Below, one piece after another: positions 11,950 through 26,717 of a DNA stretch of 64,000 bases (position 1 is the first letter of the stretch; each line of letters begins with the position of its first letter). The notes under the pieces are model-generated. The model made no database searches and was not told where the DNA came from. It saw only the letters and a list, made by a program, of their open reading frames with translations. Made by a program: the position numbers and the translations under genes. Source of the DNA: Octopus bimaculoides (taxonomy: Eukaryota); assembly GCF_001194135.2 (NCBI RefSeq), contig NC_068984.1, forward strand, positions 65,542,713 through 65,606,712. The letters run 5' to 3'.

Positions 11950-12659
11950 ATACCATTTAAGACATACTGAAATTTCCAAAATTCTTGAAATTTTCTAAGA
12001 CTAAGTTTACAATTTTTGAGATATAGCATTAGAAGAAAAATGATGTCTGCATTTTGAGAGATTTGCAGATACTGAATTTAAATTCAATTAACAATCATTC
12101 ATTTCACATTTTATTTGTAGGTATTCTATGCTTATAATTAGTTTATGTTTTTGGTGTAGGTTTTCTTGTATGTGATTTTTATTATGGAGATAGTGGATAA
12201 GTATTTGAGAATAATCTGGAGGGTACATTGAATAATTGTAAGGTAATAAGTGTGAAGAAGCTGAGTAATATAACTGATCTATATGACAATGTATTTGAGT
12301 GGTCAATCATCTCAGAGGTTGTGTTGTGGATTTGATATATTCATAGTGCCTCAAGGGATGGATTCTTTATAGATAATTAATCATTAGGAAAATATATTCA
12401 GAGTTAGTAATTGAAAGCATTTCTTCCAAATGCAAACTATTTACAGCCAAATTTTAGTCAGAATTATTGAAGTGGAAATCAGAATCTAAGACAGCTGTCA
12501 CTAAATGTGAACAGATAGGTATATGTATTATTGAAATAAATAATAATAAAACAAAGTTGTAGTGAAGATAGTAATATAAATATTGACTTGCATTCCATAC
12601 AGAGTAAGAAACTAAATTTACTGTGTGATAGTAACAATTGGATGGGTTCAATATTTATG

Positions 12660-12666
<7 letters not shown>

Positions 12667-12734
<68 letters not shown>
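12667..12734. repeat. (TA)n microsatellite
   Basis: Directly visible. Confidence 0.95.
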
Positions 12735-12735
<1 letters not shown>

Positions 12736-12737
<2 letters not shown>

Positions 12738-12983
12738 ACACCATTTTGAGCGTGGCCGTTGCCAGTACCGCCTGACTGGCCTTTGTGCGGGTGACACGTA
12801 AAAGCACCCACTACACTCTCTGAGTAGTTGGCGTTAGGAAGGGCATCCAGCTGTAGAAACTCTGCCAAATTAGATTGGAGCCTGGTGTTGCCATCCGGTT
12901 TCACCAGTCCTCAGTCAAATCGTCCAACCTATGCTAGCATGGAAAGCGGACGTTAAACGATGATGATGATGATGATGATGATG
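12736..12983 (+). mobile_element. 3' end of RTE-type retroposon (65-bp unit + conserved tail + (GAT)n)
   Basis: Contains the unit found in the LINE 3' UTR array (36590-36880), then TTGGCGTTAGGAAGGGCATCCAGC...ATGCTAGCATGGAAAGCGGACGTTAAAC(GAT)n. Confidence 0.75.
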
Positions 12984-15900
12984 ATATATATATATATATA
13001 TCATCAGTAAATCATAAATCCCAAAAAAGAAGCACATCCATAAAGCGCTTAGCTTTACAGTGGTTCTTCAGACCCTAAACCCACTTAGCCAAAGCTTTAT
13101 GGATGTGAAACCCTGTGAAACCTCATAAACCAGCCATATTTATCTTTATCCATTTATCTTTATCTATCTCTCTATCTATATATACATACACACACACACT
13201 CACACATATTTATATGCGTGTATACAAATAGCAGCCAAATATTCCTTAATTCACACCCTTCCATCTTAAAAATGTACACATTTCTACATATGCTGTCAGC
13301 ATAAAACAGAATATTACAGTTGGATTGCCTTTGATCATCAGTGTAGTCAATAAGGGCAAGTTTGAGGCTAAACAACATGATCAGTATTGAATTACTCTAA
13401 ACTACTATCAGATTCCCTCCACAACCATTGTTGTAGATGAAGAAACAATAGTATTTGAAATTATAAAAATTAAAGATACATCATCGAGATTAATTTCTGA
13501 TTTCCTTCCTTATGTTTTAAATGTTCTATTCCTGAATAAGTTACATGGCTTAATATGTAAAAATTATATAAATTGATGATATAGGAATTGGAAAGCAATT
13601 TATATATCACAATGATATAAGAGTTGGAAAGGAAATTTGTTTCTTGATTTTTAACAAATTAAATTTCTTAATAGTTATTTCAAAATGTAAATTAAATCAG
13701 AGACGTACTTTTCTGCTACCTATGTAAAACGAAAGTATAATGCTGGTTATTTGCTTTGGCAAAAACAAAATTTTCAATTTATAAATATAAATTAAATATA
13801 GTATAAACTATATGATGTCAATAAATAAGTTAGATCCTTTGTCAGAATTAGTCAGATACCATTTTACATAAGCCATATATATCTTCTTTTTGCTTCAACA
13901 GATTTTTTATTCATTTCAGATAAAAAGTAAAAAGAAAATGAAAAAATACTAATAATAGTTAAAAAAATGTAAAAAGTGAATATTTCAAAAATGTTTCTAA
14001 AAAGAATTTGATTTTACTTCCAAATATATTTCCAACAAATTGTTCAGTTTTAATTTTATTTTTTTAAATTCATTAATTCTATTCAGGTTATTGTATTTTT
14101 CAAAATAAAAAAGAAACTATTTTTTATTTTTTATCTTTTAAAGATGATTCTTTAGATAAATAAACAGAATACACAAATGTTTAACAACAACTGCTGGCTC
14201 TTAGGATGCCTTCGCTGGAGTATATGTCATTGCAGGTATTCGGACCAGGACTTGAGTATGAGGAAAAATCCTTTCTTCCCTCTTCCTATCAGTCTTGAAG
14301 GTTCTGAAGAGGTCAGAGGTACTGTTCTTCCTCCTCTGACAAAGTCGTGTTAAAAAAATGAATATATAAATTTGTTCTAATTTTAATCATGGATTCTGGT
14401 TCAAAGCCAAACAGTATTATATATAAGTTATAAGTATGTTGGCTATCACTTCTTTCATTGGAAAAGACAACTAAATTCATTTATGTTACAAAAAAAGGAC
14501 ACATAGGTTCACAACAACTTTGTAACTTACTATGCAGAATTACAATTCTATCAAACTTGGTCTTGAAAGGATTCAAAGCTTATGCTTTTTGAGCACTGGT
14601 TAGGCGAAATTGTTTCAAAATCCTAAAAGTTTGATGTCTCAGCTTTCTACTGATCATAAATGGATAACAAATTGTCTCACCCTCAACTATAATGAGCTGT
14701 CTTTAAATATACTTGATATATATTAACTTTTATAAATACAACCGATCACTGTTTGTCAGTGTGAGGTGGATTCCCTATTCATAATACAAATATACAAGAC
14801 TGGATATCAGATTTATGTCTAGCCAATTCTAGTGTAAAAGATCTGTACTGTGGTGTTTAGATTATTTCATCATACTTATTAAATTTTAATGATCTGGAAA
14901 ATTTTCCAGCTCAAGGTAGAGTTGAATCAATATCATGAATCATTACAATTTCACAATTTTTTTCTTATCTGAAAGGAAATCCACTCAATAATATTCCCAA
15001 ATTTTGATTAACTTTATTTAACTGGAATTTCAAATGGTAAGAGAATTTCAAGTAAAGAATTATATTCACCTATAAATTTCTCACTATACACAAAGCTAAA
15101 ATTACAATTCTAAAAGTTGCTACAAATGCACATAAGATCTCTCTTAGCAAATGCACAGTTTTATCATACCAATGACTGACTATGTTTTAGGACCAAAAAT
15201 TATTTCAACTTCTCACAAACGAGACTTACAATGGAGTACTGCTTTTATATTTGGAATGATGCAGATATTACACGTACAGAGACTCTAGACAGTATCTAAA
15301 TAAAGGTGAGCATACAGCCACTTGCCTACACATTTCAGCCTCTGACGTACAGATATGCTGTCTTTTCTACTGCACTTTCTCTTCCTTTTTAGCTGCTACT
15401 TCAGTGATCTCTGATTTTTGAAGCTGGCTGATCTCACCACTTTGCAAACAATGTGATTTACTTGTCTCTTCTCTCATTACCCCCATTGAAAGCACTATTT
15501 TACACTAACTACTACGTTCAGTTCTGCCTTGGCTCTCTGAAATTCCCCCCACCCCCACCCCAGCGCATACATGGGTCTCAATCTACATCCAGGGACTTTG
15601 CAACTATTCAAGAATTATAACTATATCTTCAGTTTTTGAGGGATTGCCAAAACAAAGGGTGTAACCCCTTTAAACCAAATCAATAAAATGATAAAGTACA
15701 CCAGTTATTTTCTAACTTTTTCTGATACCGTACATGCACCAAGCTTATTTAAAGGACTTTCAAAATCAAACTAATTTGTGAATCCGAATAAATAGTATCC
15801 AAAATAGCTGTAAGGTTCATCTTATATAACAGTAATAAAGTCATGCTGACAATCTCTTCAGAATTTATTATTGAGTATTAGCTTTGCTAACACTCACTAA

Positions 15901-17985
15901 TGTCTTAAGCTAATTATATTTTCTAGTTAACATCCATTCCATCTCTTATAAAGACATCCTCTGTTTTCATAATGTTGATGCACAGACAAATATGAAAAAG
16001 AAATCAATGATGAATCACAAAACTTTGTTATTTGATCTTCATCACAAACAAGTTCCTTTTAACGAGGTTAATACAGTTTACTTCCAAAACCAAATAAATA
16101 TTTTCAATTCTAAAATATACTTATTTCTAGGAATCTTTGTTTATATGTGTTAAACTGCTAAATAAAAAGTTGTAAATATTTTATCATAATCTTTCTTATT
16201 TGTTGGTATAAGAAATAAAATCCAGACTCTTATCAAGTATTATACAAATACTTGAATTTAAAGAAACATTGAGCCCTACTAGGAAAGTAAAACTGAATGC
16301 AGAAATGTAATAACAGAATTAAAATCTCTTAATCTTAAGTTTTATATTTGAAAAACGCCTATAAAAAACAAAAAATCCATTCCTTTCTACAGCACATAAA
16401 TAAGCTAGTCTTTCTAACAACAAAAGAATATGCATTAACACATAAAATGTTTTTAGAATAATAGAGAACTTAAAAATGTAATGTTTAGAATATTTCTGAA
16501 AGGAAAGAAAATAAAAGCAGTAGACATTTTCAAAGTATGATGGCGACCCAGAAAACAATATAAATGTCTAGTTAGAGGAAACAGACATTAAATAATACTA
16601 TTTTATAAAATATAAAATTTCATGGAACTAATAAAAGCAAATGTATATAGTTTTACAGCAAGGATAAAAAAAATACAACTTTTTCATGATGGAGATGATT
16701 TATATAGTTTTCATAGAAATTCTATTAATTGCAACTGTTTATTACTTCAATGGAACTTCTTTTTATTACAATTAGCCACATAAACTCATTCCTATTTTGG
16801 TTAGTTTTTCACTGATAATTGTTCACAATTTAATAAACATTGAAATAGATTTGATTACATTAATGTAGACTGCTCATCACATTGATAATTTTGCTTAATG
16901 GTTAGACATTGTCTTAAATAAAGAAAAAAAGTCAAAAACTATGCAAAGAAATAAAATATAAGTCAATATAACTTTTGAAGAAATTATAAATGAATATGGC
17001 ATTCCTTCAAAGTTTCAATGTTTATTTTGAATTAAATACAATGTAAGCTTTGGAAACAATAACTTAAACTCTGCCAAGCTATGCTGCTGAAAGTATAGAC
17101 TACCATCCTTAATGTCATAACAATTTCCTTGTTATAAAAGAACTATTTGTATTTAAAAACTTGCACTTTATAAATGCTAAACAAATAGATAATTTAAAAC
17201 AAAGAAACAAAAAAGAAACGTTATTGCCTGTCAATCTGGACTCTGATTTCAAATTTTACCACAGCAATCAAATCATATAACAGCAATAAAATTTTAAGTT
17301 CTTAAACAAGGAGAATCTGTAAGAAAAAGTTCTATCACAAAACAGATACCAGTTTCATTTTAAAATGTAACATTTGGCAGCTCAAAAACAATTTGCATAA
17401 TTTGCAATTTGCATAGTTTCCCTATTAGAATTCGTATTCATTCTAACAGGAAAATAACATCATTGTAACATTTTTTATTGCCAGCTAATAGTCGTGTTTC
17501 ATGTATTAGCAACAACAAGAATAAGACCTAAGTTTTTGTTTGATTGTTATTACCAGAGCAATGTTTTCATCCTTAACAAAAAGAAAAAAAATGTAATGCT
17601 GTAAAGGGTGAATTGTAAAGTGAAAAGGTAAATATAGCTATTTTGAATAAATAACTACCAAACAGTAATTTCATTAAAAACATCAGATAGATAATGACCT
17701 CTCCTCTACTTTCTATCACACATACAGATAGATATAGAAACAAAACGAAAAAATACTCATCATATATTGTAAAAAGCTATATTAGCAGAAGTAAGTATCA
17801 TCACAGCTGAAAATTCAGATGTGTTTCTTGTGGCTTTGAAACTTTCAGGAAATGTGTATCAGAAGAAAGGAAGAAAGGAAGAGGGAAAACAAAAAGGGAG
17901 AGTAAGAGAAAAAAGGAAGGGAGGGAGAGAGGAAGAAAAAGAGACAAATAAAAGGTGACTAATACTGTTCAATAAAATAAAGCAG

Positions 17986-18195
17986 CAAGCTAGCAGAATT
18001 GCTACCATGCTGGACAAAATGCTTAGCAGTATTTCTTCCGATTTTATGTTCGGAGTTCAAATGCTGCCAGAGTCAACTTTGTATTTCATCCTTTTGGGGT
18101 CAATAAAATACGTATCAGTTGAGTACTGAGGTCAATGTAATCAACTTAGGCCCTCCTGCCAAAGTTGCTGGCCTTGTGCCAATATTTGAAACCAA
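17986..18195 (+). mobile_element. tRNA-derived SINE (family C)
   Basis: AGCTAGCAGAAT head, B box GAGTTCAAAT, body TTTCATCCTTTTGGGGTCAATAAAAT..., and TTTGAAACC end. More than ten related copies are in the window. Confidence 0.75.
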
Positions 18196-20989
18196 ACTTT
18201 TACAATAAAATATATCTATTTTAATCCATTCAATGTCATAAAACAACTGGAACTTTAAAATATTTGTTTCTTATATTAAGTGAAAGCCATGCTGCTTTAT
18301 AAATATTTGTCTACATGAGTACATAGGTTGAATCAGAACAGTCATGGAGAATTCCTTTTAGACACAAATAAACCCGCAAAGGAGTGCATGAATACCCGAG
18401 GCTATACTAATGACAAAATTATAAATTAATACTTTGTAAATTGCTTCGTTTCATTATCTTATATCTCCTACTTTGTTTCATTTTAAAAGCATTCTAATTT
18501 ATATTATTCCAGCAACTTTGAAAATGAACAAGAAATAACAGGTGGAAGCTACCATAATTAGCACAGCTATGCTAGAAAATTTTGTACAGAATATGAGATG
18601 GTAAATGTAAAAGATAACTTCAAAAATCACAGTAATCAACCAACCATATTTTAGATTCATTATATCGGAAACTTTTTCTTTTCATGTTCTGAAACATTAT
18701 AAAGTACATGATGGCTAACATTTATTATACTAATTGAAACAGAGCTTCCAAATAATAATAGTCATTAGGAGTATTCGATCCTTTATGTCTAACTATAAGA
18801 TATATGCTTTTGATTTATAACCAATAGTATCAATTTAAGAATTGCATTAGACAAACAAATTTCAAAGCCATTTCTTATTGCTATTTCCAAAATCATTCTT
18901 ATATATCATAAGAAAAATTATAAACATGAGCGGACGAAACTAAAGTAACATGCAGAAATGTTATTATGTGATTGCAGTTTTCAAAACATGCAAAGTTTCT
19001 CAAGAAAGTGAGTTATGATACATCTTATGTACATAGCTGTATTGATTTTTCACATTGGGCCAAGGTTATAAATGTTTCAGAAATCGAGTAGTATATGAAA
19101 TGCTTAGTACTTATTTTATTAACAAGATTTGAACATAAAATATAGAGGAAGGAAACTAATTAACGTAGTTCAATGTGTCTGGCACTATGCTTTGATCATG
19201 CATAATTTCTGTGCCTTGTTTTGAAGCCTTTAGCTATATTCTTTATAAAAATTAGCATTTTTTTCCTTCGGCACAAGGTAATATCAATCAAATTTCTAAA
19301 TATTACTGTCTACTGCAAATATGTGATATCAACATGTAATTTGCATTTCAGTCAATAATTACCAAAATATCAGTCAATATTTTACTAATTATGCATTAGC
19401 CATATATCCATTAGTAGTTTCATCTATATAATAGTCAATATTTTCTAGTAAAAACAAGAAAATGAAAGGAATATAATTTTAATTAATGAACATTGAGCAT
19501 TAATCCTTGTCTAGTGAAACAGTTAGTTAGATTCAGAAACTGTATTATCCTTTATCCATAAGTCACTTCTTCTGCCACGAACATGATTAAATTTCTATGT
19601 CAATACCTTAAATGCAAGAAATAGTGGCCAAATATTCCTCAAATTAAATTCTTCTATGCTAAGACATATCCTTTGGTTTAAAAAGTCCACCAGAAATTAT
19701 GTAACCAGACCATTACAATATTTTAGGGAAGATTTCCCTTTTATAGTATTTGTATATTCCTCCAGATTAAAACCAATATTAAGAAAAACTAAGTTTACAA
19801 AGATGATGTCACAATAAACAAATCTAGGCTATTTTTCTCTTGTTTATGACAGTAAAAATCCTTACTGAGCAGAGGAAGCTTCATGTATGCGATGATCTAT
19901 CTTTTCTCAGTGACCACGCAGCATACATAGCACATGTTAACATGGCAATTTGCAATAGAACAGATATACTGACATAGAAATTCCAGATAGAATCCCATTA
20001 AAACTACTGCTCTGTATAAAGTTGCATGGGCGAATACAGTATTACAGACACATTCAATGCAAGCGAGTATGGAAAAAAATAATGTTTAAAACTACTGCAG
20101 ATGCTGATTAATTTATATATCTTTTTCTTTATCAAAATTATCATGAAAACAACTCTCTCTCTCAGCAAAAACACTTAAATAGCAAGCAATTTAACAAATT
20201 ATCAATATAAGAAAATTTAGGTTAATTTATTATAAGGCTACAGAAAATTGCATCATAGTCTTCTTGTAGACAAATAACCTCATCATATTATGACTTCCTA
20301 AGAATTATTGATAACATTCTATTTTCCTCAACCTACTCATTGGATTATTTGGCAAAGCATACTTTTAAAAAGAGCTGCCTTAAAACGGTTTACTTGTTTT
20401 TTATTCTCAGAAGTAATTAATTGCAAGTTCAACAATACACAAACATTGATAGTATTTTCAGCCAATGGATAATTATCAGAAGACTATTTATAAACTCTTC
20501 AGTAATTAAAATTAGATACATGAGAGCTCTCAGAAATAAATATGCAGTTTAATCAGTTATATTCCCAATCCCATGAAGCCTCAGTTGCCCTTCATCTAAC
20601 ATATTAACAGTAACAAATATAATGCTGTGACTTGACTTCAAACGAATTTTGGGACATGAAAACTTGTTAATGAATTTTTAAACAATAATATATCAATTAG
20701 AGAAAGCCAGTACAAAGACAGAAAGCAATGCAGTTGTTTCTCAAGGCATTTAATCTCAGTGATTTTGAATCTGCTAAGAGCAAGAATAATTGTTTAATTA
20801 TTTCTTTATGCATTAAAATCAATTCTAAAAATTGAAAAAAATATATAATAGAATAAATTATAAAAGATTATTATAGTTTTACAAGAGTATTTTGCTGAAG
20901 AAAGTGAAGGAATTCTAAGCGTAACATGAAATGTTTTCTCATTACCATATACCTGCATCTAAAATCTGCTTCAGAATCTGAAACCCCAT

Positions 20990-21260
20990 AATACTAACAG
21001 ATCCGACATGTCTGCTCAAATTCTAAAGGAACTAGCAACCAGGCTATCCTTGTTCTGACATTAATCTTGCTGGAATTATCATACTGCTCATGCATTCTTA
21101 AGGACTGAAAGCAGGTATTGATTTTGTCCAGTGTTTAAACATGGAAAATTATATAAAGCCGAATAGAGAACTCAGATCAATATCCATCATGTGTATTATC
21201 TAAAAAATAATGCAACTCAGAATCCATTGCTGCAGCATTAAGTATTCATCTTCCCATTCC
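20990..21260 (+). mobile_element. CR1/L2-like LINE RT N-terminal relic
   Basis: SDMSAQILKELATRLSL...CPVFKHGKLYKAE*R resembles the CR1 block LKELAxELxxPL...VVPIFKKG...NYRP. Confidence 0.45.
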
Positions 21261-22682
21261 TTTAATAACAGATAGCCACTACAACATCAAACATGAAAAC
21301 TGCATTGAGTGCAAATTATCATCACTTTTTGTCCATTTTCCATTTCTATGGGCCATCATGGTCTGAATCACTTATTTGGAGTTACTGCTCTCTTAGATAA
21401 ATTAGAGGACCACCTTTTATGCTTGGCATGACTTCTGTGGCTGGGTGGTCTTCCTAACACCTACTTTTTTTATGGAATGTGCTGGATACGGTTTAGCATG
21501 ACACTAGAACTAGAGAAGTTATCATGCCCTCAACAAGACATGTATAAAAGGGCCTCATAATTCAATATTGTTTCCACTTCACATAGTTTAATGGGTACAT
21601 TCTTAACATTGTACCACATTAATGATTTTAGTTGTTACACCATAACAAAAAGAAAATGTCAATACTACTTTGTGTTGACCATCTGAATGAATACAAGAGA
21701 GGGCGATTGCAGCCTATGTAGGAAGGTGAGAGGAAGAAAGAAATAAGAACATGTTGGGATAAACAGAGTGACTGGGTGACAGTTTGGAGGAAGAAGTGCC
21801 TGAAGCATTGCACTTAATGAGAAGCATTTTATTGCCAACTGAGGTAATAACTCTCTGAGCTTTTTCCAGCCATTTTTTATTCAGGTTGTTAAACTCTACT
21901 TTAAAAACACTCACCTGGAATGTTAATTCAGTCTTCTAGGTAACAAAAATTCTCAACAATTTCTAGAGATTGGGCATTTGAGAGAATATATTTCATATGT
22001 ATTCTTAGTGATCCTGTGTATCAGCTGCAGATGAAGTTTATCTTATGCATTAGCATTCCTGTGATTCTGCCATTTCTCTTGTTCATTCATTGTTTAACAG
22101 TATCCTTGATATCATATCATTCAGAAATATATCGGGATGCTAATCTAGATGTTGACAATATTTTCCAAGACACCTCTAAAGTACAGAATCATATCAGCCA
22201 ATGATATTACTGTCTGGAGTTACAATACTGCAGAACATGAGTGGAAAACTTCATAAATGGATCTCTTTCAATCCCTCAGAGAGGGATCATAAATAACTTG
22301 CCAGACGGAAGTATTTCTATCAACAATTTTCCAGTATTAAAGTAGGATGGTACAAACAGTTAAAATGTGCTCAAGACTGTGACAAATGTAAATTCGTAAA
22401 GTAGACAAAAGAATCTAACTACTAAAGATGGCATTATCCATATGTAGCTTGAAGAATATACTCGAGAACTAAAGTATGTTTATATAACTTTCCTGTCATA
22501 AGCAGGAAGCTCCTCAAAAAAATCAGGTGTCACAAGATGTGGCACCCACCAAGCAGAAACATTCCTCAGGCCAAGTTCATTGTACAGAATATTTTCAACT
22601 CTTTCACAGCATATGCTAATAGCATGTGGCTATTTGAGTTATAGTGAGTTGCTTGTCACCCATGACCATGTAGCGAACACAA

Positions 22683-22960
22683 TCAATGTTTTTTTGCAAT
22701 GATGGCAGTTACAGGATGTTCAGACTTTGGGTCATCTTCAAGACTCTCCCTTCCCCTCCTAAATTTAGCTGCACTGTTGATGAAGCTGGAATCATCCTTT
22801 ACTGTAGCAACTGTGTCGGCATGAATGTTCTTTGGGGCTATACTATTTTTCTGAGGGTATTTCATAGCACTAAAATACCAAATTTTGCCCATTTTAAAAA
22901 GAAGTTGCCACAAGTTGCTTTTGAAGTCTTCTTTGAACAGATGTCAGTTAACATGGAATG
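22683..22960 (-). mobile_element. Mariner transposase N-terminal (HTH) fragment
   Basis: ORF 22683..22913 reads ...IHADTVATVKDDSS...AAKFRRGRESLEDDPKSEHP, matching the mariner motif AEFKRGRxSLEDDPRSGRP. Confidence 0.75.
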
Positions 22961-25729
22961 AATTAATGCACTCACAAGAAAAGTAGGAAATTAATGCATG
23001 CAAGATTTCATAGTTCAAAGTATTGCTCTTTCATTGTCAGCCTATGAACTTTTTCACCCACCCTTGTATTGTAAATAGCATTTTGTTTTCTTAATCGAAA
23101 TATATAAGGTTTTGATAATGGGACACAGATGCCCATCATACAGTTACCACAGTAGAGGCATACATACAGAGCTGAGTAACAGAAAAATCAAGGCAAAGAA
23201 GTGTACCCAAATAATTGTGGGAAAAGCAGCTTCTGTATCTTTCTGGCAAGACATAGAACTGAGTTCACCTACATATATTCCACAATAGATGTAATTACAG
23301 GGCTTGTAAGTTTGATAAGTCTAACTTCCTGAATAGAAAAAAATAGTCCAAAATAATGACAATATAAAAACTGAAACAATGTATCTAAATAATACAGAAA
23401 TCGAACATGAAAAAGTTTTTTATGTTGCCATCAGTTTGAGATAGCAAGTGTATAATGATGACAATATCTTTTCTAGTCTATGCATTTATGAATACTCTAA
23501 ACAGATCAGGAAAATATAAGTGTTGAAATAGAAACAATAAATTGAAAATATTTACTTATGTATGCTCCAGAAATATAAGCTATGTTATTAAATTTCATAT
23601 GTAAAATGTAAAGTAATATTGACAAAGATCGATTAGGAAAATTATTCTTAGATCAGAGGCAGGTGACCTGTATACAGTTACTGTACCCTAAACAGCACTC
23701 AAGAATTCACAAAAACATCTTAGGTGCATTATTATTTGTCAGGTGTCAATTCTATGCTAGATTAATTTGACAAGTTGTTACTGTTTTGCCTTGTTTCTTC
23801 TTTTACAAGATATTGCATTTTCTTTCAACAACTGAAATTTATGATTATTTATTATTTTTTTTTTTCAAAGCATTTCATTTTGTTCAGTTTACTTGAGTAT
23901 TCGTTGATTTTTGTTTCTTGCTTCACCTTAGCACTCTGACAAATGCAAAGCTAAAACAGTTTATGATTACAACAATGAATAATGCATCATTTTCTTTCTT
24001 ATTTTACTTTCTTTTTGTTTTGCATTTATTAAAAAGTGTTTAAATCACAGAAGCCTTTCTTTATTTGATCTTTTCTTCTACTCAGAAAGCTGTTGCTAAT
24101 TTTTGAAGGAAATTTTGATGGGAAAAAATGTTTGCTTTTAGTTCAAATTGAATCTTGGACACATGTTTAAGTTCTTGGATCTAAGCCAACTATCCACAAT
24201 TTAGTTACTAACAAGAAAGATTTGTATCACTTTAGTCTGCATTCTGTAGAGATGGTTTGTATTCTATAGGAAATATAACTAACATTTGAGAATAAACAGG
24301 TAATAGGCTGACAACGTGAAGAACATGACTGTTGCACCAAAGACTTGTACTCATAAATTAAGTGCAACCGTAAGAAGAAAAAGAGAGCAGTATTTGTATA
24401 AAATATTCTCAACTAACTAGCATTCTACTTATTTTTATCTTTGAAATAGCTGATGTTTCACATTAATATTTAATAACCAAAAAACGTCCATGATCAAAGG
24501 AGGGGCTCAAATGAGAAAATCTACAGATAAAACATTTTACTAAGTTCTAAGTACCTTAATCCATATTAAAAAATATCATTGCTAAAACAATCTATTCTGC
24601 ATCCCATTTTGCAGCATACAGCTGCAAGAATTTTCATCATATGGAAATTACAAATTCCATAGAAACTTAACCTTTAGCATAATATTCAAGCTAAGCTTTT
24701 GAGTTACAGGTACAGTTCATCTATCAGAAAGTTTTTGTTTACCCATTTTCATTCACAAGACGCAGGTAGATGCAGAGCTATAGTTAGTATAGTTTGGATG
24801 GATTAATACAGTCTTAAGTCAATACTTATTCAGCCAGCCATAAAAATCCTGCCTTGAATAAGCTTCCATCCAAATCCATGCTAGCATGAAGAAACAGGCA
24901 TTAAACTAATGAACAAATATATGCATATCAGTACATATACATAAATACAGTCATAAATATAAAGTCATCAATTTCTTTGGTTACTTGGTGCTTCAGTAAT
25001 GATTTCTTTCATCAGCACAAAATCGCACTGTTTCAGGAGAATGGTCAATAGGAGTTATCCAGTTACTATTGCAAAAAAATATTTTCTCACTCCCAGTATA
25101 ACAAAGCTGGTGTTAAAATTTGTATTTTGGGTGTTATTGCTGAAGATATGTTATAGAACATCAACAATTAATACTCTGTTATATTTAAGACTGAGTTCTC
25201 TTTTTATAAAATAAATGAAAAAAAAAAAAAAAAAATTCAGTCCCCATAAAAGTAATATTTAAAACAACTTTTTCACATACCATTCTTTCCATAAACTAAA
25301 ATATCACCTATTGCTGTCAACTTCTACTTCCTAGCAACACTGAAATTTCATGACAAAACTTTTAGTTGCCTGAGCTGCTAGAAATAGCAGCCAAACCACT
25401 CTACTGTGTTAAAAAAAATGGAAGTATAGATTGGACGGACGATATAGCCTGTGATGCATTATGTCATTTAAAACAATAGTATAGTCATAGACAGAATGTC
25501 TCTGATAATAAGTCTGCTCAGTCAGTGATGATCTGATCAACAACATCAAATACTCATTTGCTATGTAGACTATTTGTTTGAAAAAGTATTAAAATCATGA
25601 TAACTATTAAATAGAGTGTAGAAAAATGTTCAGATTAAGATTTTCTAGCAATTTTGATACCATTCATAAAAGAAAAACTTTTGTAAAACATTAAGTAACA
25701 TTTTTATTGAGGTTTATGGTTTGATTACT

Positions 25730-25975
25730 GAAGAAAAGTCTGAACAACACATCTTCCAATGCTCCTTTACCTTATTCTGGAAGAATAACCAAGTAACCTA
25801 GTTTGGTTGATTGTCTCTAATCATCCAGCCTTGATTATTTTAAAACTGTATTGCAGAGGATATCATATCTTTCTAATTGATATTTGCACAAATTTACCAG
25901 ACATCTTGCAGTAATAATAATATCCATTCTTCTTACCGCTTCAAGTTTTTGCAATTTAAATGACATCTTTGCTGA
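25730..25975 (-). mobile_element. RTE-like LINE C-terminal relic
   Basis: QKLEA...RCLVNL...DILCNTVLKIIKAG*LETINQTRLLGYSSR resembles KKLEAFEMRCLRRI...I.N.EVL...IET.IR.RRL.WLGH. Confidence 0.4.
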
Positions 25976-26489
25976 ATGATTAAAAAAAAAAAGAGTAAAA
26001 AACAAAAATAGTTTGGCTTTCATATAAAATACAGACCTCATATCTTCTTATATATGCATTTGTTTTCCTTTAAAATTACTTTTGTTGGAATTAGAATGCT
26101 TTATAGTGGGACAAGTCAAATGAAAATGAAAGTTTGAAAGCGCAACATATTTTTTGACTGAAACATTTTTCTGTCAAAACAATTGACTATGAAATGAGCA
26201 ATCCTACTTATTATTCTCTATATATTCTGTCTGTGTGTGGGGCTCATATACTAGTTAATATTTTGGTGCTTTCTAAATTAATGTCACTAATTTTTTGTTT
26301 TCTAACAGGATTTTTAAGCATAAGCATATGAAGTAAAGCTCTTTCATAAAAATTCTACATGCTGTACCATACTACATTAATTATAGCCATTTCAATGTAG
26401 GTTTATATTTTATAGATGCATTTGCTTCTTTTTCAGTCAGCACATTTTAAATTATACACAATATATGAACTCATAAAAGCTTAACTTTA

Positions 26490-26717
26490 TTAACCCTTTC
26501 ACTACCAACCCAGCTGAAACCAGCTCTGCCTCTGAGTACTTATGTCTTGTTTCCATAAGTTTTGAATTAAAATCTTCCACCAAATCTTAGTCACAATTTA
26601 TGTTCCTAACACTAGCTGAGTAATAACTAAATTATTTTACTAAATTTTTTGTTATATTTAAAGTAATTGAAAGAAACACAGAGCATCTCAAAATTAATAC
26701 AGTAACGAAAGGGTTAA
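26490..26717. mobile_element. piggyBac-type MITE with intact TTAA target duplication
   Basis: TTAA-CCCTTTC...GAAAGGG-TTAA, with TTAA at 26490-26493 and 26714-26717 and a 220-bp non-coding body. Confidence 0.8.

Noticed and set aside
13040-13075. Second hammerhead (CUGAAGA on the minus strand)
   Set aside because: No stem II or GAAA follows on the same strand.
15230-15296. Minus-strand exon ending at a GTAAGT donor
   Set aside because: All three frames contain stops.
25937-25971. 35-nt micro-exon with strong splice signals
   Set aside because: The frame continues past the donor into RTE C-terminal motifs, so it is TE-derived.
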